From contig NC_086105.1 of assembly GCF_963921235.1 (NCBI RefSeq), positions 113,894,001 to 113,958,000 on the forward strand: a stretch of DNA of 64,000 nt, written 5' to 3'. Made by a program: the position numbers and the translations under genes. This DNA is from Mobula hypostoma. Its lineage: Eukaryota. The notes beneath the pieces are model-generated. The model worked only from the letters and a program-made list of their open reading frames with translations, was not told the origin of the DNA and ran no database searches. Positions within the stretch are counted from its first letter, which is position 1. Every line of letters starts with the position of its first letter. Positions 52,030 through 64,000 of this stretch are shown in pieces.

Positions 52030-52995
52030 CCCACCAGTTACAACACTGGCGCTCCCTGAAGCTATGTACTCAGCCTGCTGCTGATGTATGATTGTGTCGC
52101 AGGATCCAGGTCAAACTGTGTCATCAAGTCTGTGGAATGCACAACAGTGATTGGCTTCATCAAGAACGATGACGGGACGGAGTATAGAGGGGAAGTGGAG
52201 CAGATGGTGGATTGGTGTGAGAAGAACAACCTAACCCTGAAAGTGGAGAATTGTGGATTTCAGGAAGACGCAGACAAACCATCCCCCTCTGTGGATACAT
52301 GGCTCCTCTGCAGAGAGAGTGACTCAAGATCCTGGGAGTTCACATCACAGATGACCTCACCTGGTCCCTTAATATCACTTCCTTGAACAAGAAGGTACAG
52401 CAGCACCTCCACTTCCTAAGATTAATGCAAGCAAGGCTCACCCCCCCATCTTAACTGGGTTTTACAGGAGCACCACTGAGAGCATCCTAACAAATTGCAC
52501 CTCCGTCTTGTATGGGAGCAGTCGAGCACCAGACCTGAAGTCCCTACAAAGGGCTGTGAAAACAACTGAGAGGATCATATGGGTCTCTCTACCAGCCAGA
52601 GAGGATATTTGCCAGGAGTGCTGTATAAGCAGGGTCCTTAGTTATTAAGGATACCACCCATTCATCCTGCATTCTCTTTCGCTTTCTACCACTATGATGC
52701 ATAAAAACAAGAATGGTCAGGATGAGAAACCTTTCTTCCCCCAGGCAATTAGGCTTCTGAACTCCCGGCCGCATCGTATTCGATGCGTCACTGGTTAATC
52801 TGTTCTATACCTTACAATATTTAATATTAACACACTTTAGTTTGTTATCAATGTATGATTCATCTAGATTTTATCCTTACCTTCTAAGTTATCACATCTT
52901 ATGCATTTTACACCTTGGTTTGAAGAAATGCTGTCTCATTTCTATATACATTACATACACGTATGCAGTTAAGTGACAATAGACTTTACTTGACG
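52030..52995 (+). mobile_element. Rex-Babar LINE remnant
   Basis: YDCVAGSRSNCVIKSVECTTVIG...MVDWCEKNNLTL; FFPQAIRLLN relic; tail acaatagactttacttgac. Confidence 0.8.
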
Positions 52996-53290
52996 TTACA
53001 CAGACTAGGAAGTGCTGCTACCTGCACCATTAACCGTATCAGAGATATTCCTTTTGTTAATAGCTTGTCCTCTCTCAACTTCTCTCCTACTGCAAAATAA
53101 TCTTCTCTCTCTTTCTATATAAAGGGTCCCAACACTGAAAGTTTCGAGCATTTGCTGATTATTATAGATTTTTAGCACCTGCAGTTTTGATCCTTCCTCA
53201 GAAGCAACTGAGACAAACTAACTAAAACCACATATGATAAAATGCAGTAGTTATTACAAAAGCTACCAGAAACTCTAGAACCATAAGTCA

Positions 53291-53533
<243 letters not shown>

Positions 53534-55340
53534 TCAGAAAAACAATCCGGTCAAAAGCTGCTGCATTTATAAAATTTAAGATAATTTAAGATTTATAAAC
53601 TTATGATCAACTTTAGGGAAAAAAGACATTTTCAACAGTTAAGATAGAACAGAACCCAGGGTGACGTACTATCATAAGTAGATTGCAAAATAACAATTTA
53701 ATAATGCTTTCTTCCTCAAACAAAAACTATTTATTTCCTCATACACGATCACATAGAAAATAGGTCTTTGGCCTCGTCCAACAGTTTTATACTAGTCTCC
53801 CTTAAATATCAGGCAACAATCGCATGAAATATCTCTCCTGGCCATTAAGAGTTCTGTCATTACATTATTGAACATTTTTTATGAATATTAAAGGAATCAA
53901 GCAATATTGTAGGGTAGAGTTGAGGTAGCAGATCAATCATGATTTTATTGAATGAAACAGGTGTCAAAAATCCTTCTCTTGCTCTTGTGCTTTGTTGGAT
54001 TCAGGTCTAAATTGTTACCACTTTTTATTTTCCAGTCACTTGTAATACAGCTGGCTCTGTATCTTTTAAGTTTATCTGTAACCCTGAAAGGTCACAGCAG
54101 TGTAAATTAAGACTGTCCTTGTTGTCTCAAAAGCTATTCTTATAAGAAAATTCTCTTATTTGTCCAGCCTGAATCAGTTTTCAGTGTGAAGATTTTTGTC
54201 ATTCTTTGGTTCTTTCTTACTTGCAGTAGAATGAGTTTTTTTTGTTATGAACATCTAATTAAATAGCTGTAACAAGATTTATGCCTCATTCGTCACTTCC
54301 AAAGAACCTTCTGCACAATATTACCTGCAGATCCGAAAGGTTCTATAGCACCAGTTGACTTTCATTAAGTACACAGTCGAGGGGGGAAAAAGCCGTCACT
54401 TCAAGTAATAATGATGTGCAATATATTTTTTGAAACTTGTTTTTTTTCTGCAATGCAAAAACAATGGAAATGATTCCACTGCAAAATTCCTGGGAGGAAG
54501 GCTGTGTTGCCCTTAAGGCATTTATCTGACTTTGTTGAGTCTATGCTTTAAAGATTTGTTTGTAACTATTTTCTAGTTTAAGTTAAAGGTTGATAATTAT
54601 GTTACAGTTTAACAAAGGTAAATTCATTGTCTATGGTATATCGCGGCATGCGATGACGTCACCTCCGGTTTTGCCGCATCTTATGTGTAACTCCGGTTCG
54701 GGAAGGTGTGAAGGTGGGTGCCATGCATGCAGCATGATCGTGAAGAGCTCAGTTTCTACCCACAAAGAAACATTATAGAAGCAACGCCATAAGTCCATAA
54801 GAAAGTATTTGAAGTAAAAATATTAACGTGGTTTTTGTTAAGGAAGCGGCAGTTGGGGAGGCGCGCGTGCCAGCTTTTCAATTTCAAACATGGGGTGGGC
54901 TCGAGCCCGGCGGTGGTTTGACGGGACCCCCTCGCTCACTTCTCGGGGCAACTGGAGACACTCGCTAAAAGAAGAGAGCACACCTGCTCTCCAGAATGAA
55001 ACAGACGCTGTATATGTTTGTATTTTTTTTATCAACAGTTTTCAACATATGATGTTAATGTGGAAGGGTGAACAGTAAATGATTAACCTTACTATGACTC
55101 TGTCTCCATTGGCTCCGGTTTAACATGGTGTTTAGTCAGTTTCAACACACTGCACAAGAACACTACAAAGGCTTTGCATCCAACTGAAAATACTAATGCA
55201 TTCACTAATTCACCACAATAAATCACATCAGATATCAAAGCTGACAATGGATCTGTTTGGTACTTAACCTACCATCAATTAATTTAAAATTGTCAATTAC
55301 TTGGAAGCTATTCCCTACATTCCTAAATGTTTCACTAATA

Positions 55341-56600
55341 TAGTGGATTCTGGTCAATTGGGCGATCAGTTAGTCGGGGCAGCTGTTTATTTGGAACAAC
55401 ACTGAAGAATAAAAACTAATAGAGAAAACAGCCAGGATTAATTTGGGACACCACGCCCCTTAATTGGGACAGGAGACAGTTGCCAAATAGTTTCCAACTA
55501 GCATCAATTGTGTTAAATTATCCATTTGGGTTAACGGGCACTGATTCAAAAAACAGTGATTTTTAATAATTTTGTCTTTAATTTTGACTCTACAAAATTT
55601 CAGACCCTTGCCAAGATGCCGTGAAAAGATTTGACATTGGTCCAAAAAATTATCCTATAGAATCAAATTAAAAGCCATCTGCCTAACAGTGTTAGCTGGA
55701 AGAGATAACCAGAGTGTCGAAATCTACAATTGCAAGCTTGATAAACTGTGGGAAGAACAGGCATTACGCAAGAGACAACGGGAACCCCCAAGAATGGAAG
55801 CATAAAGGCAAGGATGCAGATGTTGAAGAGGACCTCAATCAATGGTTTTCCAATTTAACAGGACACGGTATGCACATCAGTGGACCCATGTTAAAAAGCA
55901 AGTCAGCGGAGCTAGCTAAGACACTGAGTTATTAAGTTTTTAAAGCTACAGATGGTTGGTTGTCTCAGTGGAAATGTAGGCGCCACATTAAATTCAAGAA
56001 AGCACATGGTGAGAGAAGTAGTGCTGGTGCAATAAGTGCAGAAACATATAAATCTACAAAACTCCTTCAGTTGCTTCAAAAACTTTGTACCAATGAACAG
56101 GTCTTTTTAATCGTGCCACATTGGACGGTTTTCTTTGCTACAAACACACATTATCGTGTTCAAAGAAAGCAATGGATCACATAACTGTGTTGTGTTATTC
56201 ACATATGTTAGCAATTGATAAAAAGAAATTGGTTATTGGGAGAAACATTAAGCCTCGATGCTTTAAGTAGCTAAGAATGGATAGTTTACCTGTCAAGTAC
56301 TATGCTAATATGAATGCTTGTTAACAATTGTGTAGCACATCTAATTTAGAATGTTTGAAAAACATTCAGCTGGAATTTCCGGCTGCCAATGCAACATCCT
56401 TAGTGCAGCTGATAGACATGGGAACAATAAACAATTTAAAGAAGGTGTACCATGGAAAGTTGGCGAACCACATTCTTGAAGCAATTGAAAGAAATCTACT
56501 GACATCTTCTTCAACAGCCAAGGGCGTGCAAGGGTTAACCTTTTACAGGCAGAACCAGTTTACTGCCAATCATTTGTGAGAAATAAGCAGTAAGACAACT
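55341..56600 (+). mobile_element. Tigger/pogo DNA transposon remnant
   Basis: CENP-B HTH relic DVEEDLNQWF...ISGPMLKSKSAELA...FKATDGWLSQWK..RHIKFKKAHGE; DDE relic EFPAANATSLVQLIDMGTINNLK; TA followed by TIR-like start. Confidence 0.85.
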
Positions 56601-57473
56601 CAGAAGCCGGAACTTCTACCATCTCCAACGGGATCCCACCACCAAGCACGTCTTTCCCTCTCCCCCCTCACCCCCCCAACTTTCTGCTTTCCACAGGGAT
56701 CTCTCCCAGGCACGATTCCCTTGTCCATTCGTTCCTCCCCACTGATCTTCCTCCTAGCACTTACCCTTGCAAGCAGACCAAGTGCTACACCTGCCCCTAC
56801 ACCTCTTCCCTCACTACCATTCAGGGACCCAAACAGTCCTTCCAGGAGAGGTGACACTTCACCTGTGAGTCTGTTGGGGTCATTTACTGCGTCTGATGCT
56901 CTTGGTGTGGCCTCCTGTATATTGCTGAGACCTGACTTAGATTGGGAGACCGCTTCTCCGAGCACCTGTCCGCCAGAAAAAGAAAGGTCTCCCAGTGGCC
57001 ACCTATTTTAATTCCACTTACCATTCCCATTCCAAAATGTCCATCCATGGCCTCCTCCACCATCATGATGAGGCCACGCTCAGGCTGGAGGAACAACACT
57101 TTATATTCCAATCTGATAGCATGAACATCAATTTCTCAAAATTTCAATAATGCCCTCCCCCCCTTCACCATTCCCCATCCCTTTTCCCCTCTCTCATCTT
57201 ATCTCCTTGCCAGCCGATTGCTTCATGGCCTTCTGTCTCCTTCGCCAATTACCTTCCCAGCACTTTACCTCATACCTCCCCCTTCAAGTTTCACCTATCA
57301 CCTTGTGTTTCTCTCTCCTCTCCCCCCACCTTTTAAATCTACTCAACTTTTTTTTCTCCAGTCCTGCTGAAGGTCCTCGGCCCAAAACATTGACTGTTTA
57401 CTCTTTTCCATAGATGCTGCCTGGCCTGCTGAGTTCCTCCAGCATTCTTGTGTTGCCTGGATTTCAAGCATCT
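56601..57473 (+). mobile_element. Penelope-like 3' remnant with degenerate hammerhead at 57359-57396
   Basis: FTCESVGVIYC...LLYIAET*LRLGDRFSEHL GIY-YIG relic; cagtc-ctgctga-aggtcctcggccc-aaaacatt-gactg. Confidence 0.88.
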
Positions 57474-58572
57474 GGCCCATTGAGTCTGCTCTGCCATTCA
57501 ATCATGGCTGATCCTTTTTCCTATCTCCTCTTCAACCCCAGTTCCCAGCCCTCTCCCCATAACTTTTGATGCCATGTCCAATCAAGAACTTATCAATTTC
57601 TGCCTTAAATACACCCAACGACTTGGCTTCCACGCTTGCATGTGGCAACAAATTCCACACATTCTCCACTCTCTGGCTAAAGAAATTTTTCCGCATCTCT
57701 GTTTTGAAAGGGCACCCCTCTATCCTGAAGCAGTGCCCTCTTATCCTAGACTCTTCCACCATGGGAAACATCCTTACCACATCACTCTGTCTAGGCCAGG
57801 GGTAGGTAACCTTAAGCACAAATGATTTTTTAGCATGCGTTATTCATTAATTTGAAGCAAAACATAACTAGATTTATTTAAATGGATAATTCCCATATTT
57901 CAAGTTTTTTTTAATGGCATTTATCTGGCCAACCATCCGCTCATTAATACGCGATCCAGCCCATAGAGGCAAAAAGGTTGCCAACCCCTGGTCTAGGCCT
58001 TTCAACATTCAAAAGGTTTCAATGAGATCCCTCCTCATCCTTCTGAATTTCATCCTTCTGAATTTCAGCAAGTACAGACACAAAGCCTTCAAACGTTCAT
58101 CGTATGATAACCCTTTCATTCCTGGAATCATCCTTGTGAACCTCCTCTGGACCCTCTCCAATGCCAGCACATCTTTTCTAAGATGAGGGGTCCAAAACTG
58201 TTCACAATACTCAAGGTGAGGCCTCACCAGTGCCTTTTCTCCTTGGAGCAATGGAGGATGAGAGGTGACCTGATAGAGGTGTACAAGATGATGAGAGGCA
58301 CTGATCATGTGGATAGTCAGAGGCTTTTTCTCAGGGCTGAAATGGCTAAAGAGGGCACAGTTTTAAGGAGTTTTGAAGTAGGTACAGAGGGGATGTCAGA
58401 GGTAAGTTGTTACTGTTTTTTTTTGAAAACAGAGAGAATGGTGAGTGTGTGGAATGGGCTGCCGGCAATGGTGGTGGAGGCGGATACAATAGGGTCTTTT
58501 AAGAGACTCTTGGATAGGTACATGGAAAAATAGAGGGCTATGGGTAACCCTAGGTAATTTCTAAAGTACATA
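57474..58572. mobile_element. CR1 3' fragments (- ~57474-58231; + ~58232-58572, continuing at 60224-60290)
   Basis: [40 protein letters not shown]. Confidence 0.9.
57797..57990. mobile_element. hAT (Charlie-type) MITE
   Basis: TIRs CAGGGGTAGGTAACCTT and AAGGTTGCCAACCCCTG; perfect 8-bp TSD GTCTAGGC at 57789-57796 and 57991-57998. Confidence 0.93.
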
Positions 58573-60223
58573 CAGGTGTCTCCCCCTCCCCCCCACGCTT
58601 TTCGAACGTTCGCTTTAAGAAACCTCACTGTTACGAAAGACCTACATTAGTTACCTGTTTTCGCTAACAGAAGGTGTTTCACTGTTACGAAAAAAGACAG
58701 TGCACGCCCCGAGCAGCCGCTCTCCTCCGGATTCGCAACAGCATTGTAGGCGGCATTGCTTAAACACATGCCTGTGAGCATCTGTGCTTTATGTCGATTT
58801 ATTTTGAGCATCCATTTGCAAGATGAGTTCTAAGGTATCGGAAAAGCCTAAAAGAGCTTGTAAAAGTGTTACACTTAGCGTACAACTAGACATAATTGAG
58901 CATTTCGATCGTGGTGAACGAAGTAAGGACAAAGTGAGTTTGGCTTGTGGAAGTTGACAAAGATGATGTTGAAGAGGTTTTGGCATCCCACGACCAAGAA
59001 CTGATAGATGAAGAGCTCATGCAATTGGAAGAGGAAAGGATAAAAATTGAAACTGAATGCAGTAGCGAACTGAACGTGAAGCAACTGCGTGAGATTTTCG
59101 CTGCAATGATAAAGTAGGACTTTAATTTTGAAAGGATATGTCGGTTTAGGGCATATTTGCAAGATGGTTTACGAAGACCTGTATGATAGAAAAATGCACA
59201 AGGCTAGCAGTCAAGCATACTGTCGTTTTTGAAGCCTTCCACATCAGCCACAGCAGATGACGAACCTCGACCTTCGCCATCGAGGTAGGCAGACATAGAA
59301 GAAGATGACCTGCCTGCCCTGATTGACGATGAGATGACACCCGCATGTCTCACCACCCCAGTGGTCCCAACCCCCGGGCCGTGGACAGATACCGATTCGC
59401 AGAGAATGCAGCAGTAACCGGGAGGCACCCGGCACGTCGTTAAGAAAAAAGCCAAAATAAACAAGCTAATTAATTAGGTGCCGCCCAGCACGTAAATGTC
59501 GGCCCAGATCAGAGGCGATTGCCGATTGCGTCGTCTCTAATCTGGGCCAACATTTACGTGCTGGGCGGCACCTAATTAATTAGCTTGTTTATTTCGGCTT
59601 TTTTTTAAAGATGTGCTGGGTGCATCCCAGCTACCGCTGTACCCCTGCCTGCTTCGCGGATCGGTATCGGTTCACCTCCCGGAGGGTGGGGGCCACTGCA
59701 CCACCCCAACCTCTGACGACTCAGCCGAACACACCATCATCAGTGCGCTCTGCGCTGTCTTCCCAATTCTAGTAAGTGATACTACACTGTACATACATTA
59801 TTTCTACTTTATATCGGCTGTGTATTTTTGTGCGTTATTTGGTATGATTTGGCAGCTTCATAGCTTAAAGGTTACTGGAGAGAGTGTTTTTGCCAAAAGT
59901 GCTTACGCCTTGTTTTTACCAAGAGCGCTTGCGTGAGATTTTCGCTACGGAGAACAGTGCAGGCAATGATTGTAGAAAAGTACAGTATTTCTACTTTATA
60001 TCGGCTGTGTATTTATCATATCATTCCTGCTTTTACTATATGTTACTGTTATTTTAGGTTTTATGTGTTATTTGGCATGATTTGGTAGGTTATTTTTGGA
60101 TCTGCAAACACTCACAAATTTTTCCCATATAAATAAATGGTCATTGCTTCTTCACTTTGCGACATTCCGGCTTACGAACAGTTTTATAGGAACGCTCTAC
60201 CTTCGGATGGCGAGAGAAACCTG
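58573..60223 (+). mobile_element. Internally deleted Tigger1-like transposon
   Basis: TA|CAGGTGTCTCCC...GAGAGAAACCTG|TA; N-terminal HTH relic MSSKVSEKPKRACKSVTLSVQLDIIEHFDRGERSKD joined to C-terminal EVDKDDVEEVLASHDQELIDEELMQLEEE. Confidence 0.85.
59358..59700. repeat. Long GC-rich internal palindrome
   Basis: ataaacaagctaattaattaggtgccgcccagcacgtaaatgtcggcccagat pairs with atctgggccaacatttacgtgctgggcggcacctaattaattagcttgtttat. Confidence 0.9.
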
Positions 60224-60289
60224 TACATGTTCGGCACAGCTTTGTGGGCTGAAGGACCTGTATTGTGCTGTAGGTTTGCTATGTTTATA

Positions 60290-63200
60290 GAGCCTCAGTA
60301 TCAAATAATTGCTCTTGTATTCTAGACCTCTTGAAATGAATGCTAACATGGCATTTGCTTTCCTCACCACCGACTTCACCTGCAAGTTAACCCCAAGTCA
60401 CTCTGCATCTCAGATTCCTGGATTTTCTCCCCACTTTGAAAATAGTCCGCACATTTATTTCTACCACCAAAGTGCATAGAAACCATAGAACCATAGAAAC
60501 TACAGCACAGAAACAGGCCCTTTGGCCCTTCTTGGCTGCACCGAACCATTTTCTGCCTAGTCCCACTGACCTGCACACGGACCATATCCCTCCATACACC
60601 TCCCATCCATGTATCTGTCCAATTTATTCTTAAATGTTAAAAAAGAACCCGCATTTACCACCTCGTCTGGCAGCTCATTCCATACTCCCACCACTCTGTG
60701 TGTGAAGAAGCCCCCTCTAATGTTCCCTTTAAACTTTTCCCCCCCTCACCCTTAACCCGTGTCCTCTGGTTTTTTTCTCCCCTTGCCTCAATGGAAAAAG
60801 CTTGCTTGCATTCACTCTATCTATACCCATCATAATTTTATATACCTCTATCAAATCTCCCCTCATTCTTCTACGCTCCAGGGAATAAAGTCCTAACCTA
60901 TTCAACCTTTCTCTGTAACTGAGTTTCTCAAGTCCCGGCAACACCCTTGTAAACCTTCTCTGCACTCTTTCAACCTTATTTATTTATGACCATGCATTTC
61001 CAACATTGTATTTCATTTGCTACTATCATGCCCATTCTCCTAATCCAAGTCCTTCTGCAATCCTACCTACTTCCTCAACACTACCTGCCCCTCCACCAAT
61101 CTTCGTATCATCTGCAAACTTGGCAACAAAACCATCTATTCCATCATCTAAATCATTTATATACAGCATAAAAAGAAGTGGTCCCAACGCCAACCCCTAC
61201 GGAACACCACTAGTCTTTTCTTACCCCTCGCTGCCTCCTACCAATCAGTCAATGCTCTAACCACACTAGTAACTTTTCTGTAATGCCATGGGCTCTTAAC
61301 TTGCTAAGCAGCCTCATATGTGGCAATTCCTCATGTCATGTATGGCACCTTGTCAAGGGCCTTCTGAAAGTCCAAACATACAACATCCACTGCATCCCCT
61401 TTATCTATCCTACTTATAATCTCCTCAAAGACGTCCAACAGGTTTGTCAATAAGGATTTTCCCTGAAGGGAACCATGCTGACTTTGTCCTATCTTGTCCT
61501 GTTTCACCAAGTACTCCATCACCTCATTCTTAACAATTGACTCCAACATCTTCCCAGCCACTGAGGTCATGCTAACTGGTCAATAATTTCCTTTCTGCTG
61601 CCTTCCTCCTTTCTTAAAGAGTGGAGTAACATTTGCAATTTTCCAGTCCTCTGGCACTATTCAGAGTCCAATAATTTTTGAAAGATCATTTCTAATGCCA
61701 TCACAATCTCTAACGCTTCCTCTTTCAGAACCCTAGGGTGCAGTTCATCTGGTCCAGGTGACTTTTGAATTGTATTGGATTGACTATTTCTTACATCCTT
61801 TACATACATGAGTAATAAAAATCTTTACGTTATGTCTCTGTCTAAATGTGTAATGTGCAATCCTAGTAATTCATAATAATTTATAATAAAGGAACAGTCA
61901 ATATAACACAGAAATACACTCAAACCAGCATGAGTTAATCAGTCTGATGGCCTGCTGGAAGAAGCTGTCTCAGAGCCAGTTTGTCCTGGCTTTTATGCTA
62001 CAGTACTGTTTCCCGGATGATAGTAGCTGGAATAGATTGTGGTTGGGGTGACTTGGGTCCCCAAAGATCCTAAGGGCCCTTTTTACACACCTTTCTTTGT
62101 AAATGTCCTGAATCATGGGAAGTTCACAACTACAGATGCGCTGGGCTGTTCGCTCCACTCTCTGGAGAATCCTGCTATTAAGGGAGGTACAATTCCCATA
62201 CCAGGCAGTGATGCAGCGGGTCAGGATACTCTCAATTGTACCCCTGTAGAAAGTTCTTAGGATTTGAGGGCCCATACCAAACTTCCTCAACTGACTGAGG
62301 TGAAAGAGGCGCCGTTGTGCCTTTTTCACCACACAGCTGGTGTGTACAGACCACGTGAGGTACTCGTGATGTGAATGCTGAGGAACTTAAAGCTGTCAAG
62401 CCCAGATCCATTGATGTCAATAGGGGTTAGCCCATCTCCATTCCTCCTGTAATCCACAATCAGCTCCTTTGTTTTTGCAACATTAAGAGGTTGTTTTCTT
62501 GACACCACTGTGTCAGAGAGGTGACTTGTTCCCTGTAGGCCACCTCATTATTGTTTGAGATTAGGCTAATCAATGTAGTGTGATTGGCAAATTTATGTAG
62601 CAGATTAGAGCCGTGAGTAGCAACAGAGTCATGGGTATACAGGGAGTAAAGGAGGGGACTTAGTACACAGCCCTGAGGAGCTCCTGTATTTCGAGTCAGA
62701 TGAGTGGAGGTGAGGGAGCCCACTCATACTACCTGCCGGCGATCTGACAGGAAGTCCAGGATCCAGCTACACAAGGCAGGGTCAAGGCAGAGATCTCGGA
62801 GCTTCTTGTCAAGCCTGTTTGAAATTATGGTGTTGAATACTGAACTGTAGTCCAAGAACAGCATTCTCACATCAACAACCTCCTTTTCTAGATGTGTAAG
62901 GACTTGTGTACCTTTAGGTCTTTCAGCTTTTTGAGGACCTTCTTTCTTGTAACAGTAACCATGCCCACTTCTCCTCCCTCACACACTACATCAGGCATAC
63001 TGCTAGTGTCTTCCACAGTGAAGACTGATGCAAAATACTCATTTAGTTCAGCAGCCATCTCATTGTCCCACATTATTATTTTTCCTGCCTCATTTTCTAG
63101 CAGTCCTATATCAACTCTCAGTTCTCTTTTACTTTTAACATACTTGAAAAAACTTTTACTATCCACTTTGATATTATTTGCTAGCTTGCTTTCATATTTC

Positions 63201-63690
63201 ATCTTTTCCGTTTTAGTTGCTCTTGGTAGGTTTTTAAAAACTTCCCAATCTTCCTCCTTCCCACTAATCTTTGCTTTGTTTTATGCCCTTTCTTTTGCTT
63301 TTACAATAGTTTTGACTTCCATGGTTGTACTATTTTACCATTTGAGCATTTCCTCATTTTTGGAATACACATGCCCTGCACCATCATTTTCTTCAGAAAC
63401 GTACACCATTGCTCCTCTGTTGACATCCCTACCAGCAGCTCCTTCCAATTTACTTTGGCCAACTCCTCTCTCATGCAACTGTAATTTCCCTTACTCCACT
63501 GAAATACTGCTACATCAGACTTCACTTTCTCCCTATCAAATTTCAAGCTGAACACAATCACATTATGATCACTAGTTCCTAAGGGTATTTTTTTACCTTA
63601 AGCTCCCTAATTGCCTCTGGTTCATTACATAACACCCAATCCAATATAGCTGATCCCCTAGTAGGCTCAATGAGAAACTCTCCTAAAAAA
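60290..63690 (-). mobile_element. CR1 remnant hosting a second CR1 3' end (~60476-60985) and a Rex-Babar element
   Basis: SQHGSLQGKSLLTNLL, LDFQKALDKVP, AELNEYFASVFT; nested tail (catagaa)n at ~60476. Confidence 0.88.
61765..62895 (-). mobile_element. Rex-Babar LINE remnant nested in CR1
   Basis: NTGAPQGCVLSPLLYSLYTHD, LNVAKTKELIVDYRR, FYRGTIESILT.CITAWYG; host sequence gactt repeated on both sides. Confidence 0.88.
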
Positions 63691-63730
63691 GCTATGTAGG
63701 ACTCTCAGTAATACTAGACAGACTATTAAC

Positions 63731-64000
63731 TGTTAATCGCAAAATGGCTTCTCTGAGGTGTTATATTAAAATGGCTTCTTGTACTGTTAACTGCTGAGCA
63801 AGGGGTACTCTGTAACAGCAATGATTGGGTTATACAATGTGATAATGGAAACTGTATTCATTAGTTAGCCAATGGAAGTCATGTTCTGTTGTCTTGTATA
63901 TGTGTGCTGAGCTGAGGGGCACGGGCTTTTTCGGGAGGCAAGCAGAGAGGACGGACATGTGAGGAATGGACAGCGGTTCCAGGGCGGCGGATACCGGACC
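63731..64000 (+). mobile_element. Probable LTR 5' part, running off the window
   Basis: Starts TGTT; ctgtaacagcaatgattgggttata..gataatgg resembles the LTR at 34560-34605. Confidence 0.45.

Noticed and set aside
53105-53165. Faint hammerhead or pLTR-like remnant
   Set aside because: CUGANGA box absent; too degraded to call.
62892-63551. 219-aa plus-strand ORF, the longest in the track
   Set aside because: Antisense frame of CR1 ORF2; low-complexity S/F/L composition.

Overview
This window is vertebrate genomic DNA. The repeat complement (abundant CR1, Rex-Babar, Penelope-like and V-SINE families) suggests a cartilaginous fish such as a ray or shark; the taxon is an inference. The only host gene is FOXK1 on the minus strand. 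Seven coding exons, equivalent to exons 3-9, run from 53522 down to the stop at 23218, with GT/AG boundaries and consistent phases, and include the complete forkhead domain. The FHA-encoding 5' exons lie beyond position 64000. A repeat-poor stretch of about 11 kb below the stop looks like a very long 3' UTR with several miR-15/16-family seed matches. The rest is decayed and often nested transposable elements: a Gypsy LTR element, CR1, Rex-Babar and L1 LINEs, SINEs, and Tc1, Tigger, mariner and hAT elements. The most notable hidden signal is about 11 copies of a minimal type-I hammerhead ribozyme motif (consensus CAGTC-CTGANGA-AGGGTCTCGGCCC-GAAACGTC-GACTG) in Penelope-like terminal repeats. Several sit in tiny (100-750 bp) TSD-flanked, fold-back, non-autonomous insertions, and some core-intact copies are in FOXK1 sense orientation. 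Boundaries of decayed repeats are approximate. Family names come from recalled motifs, not from database searches.
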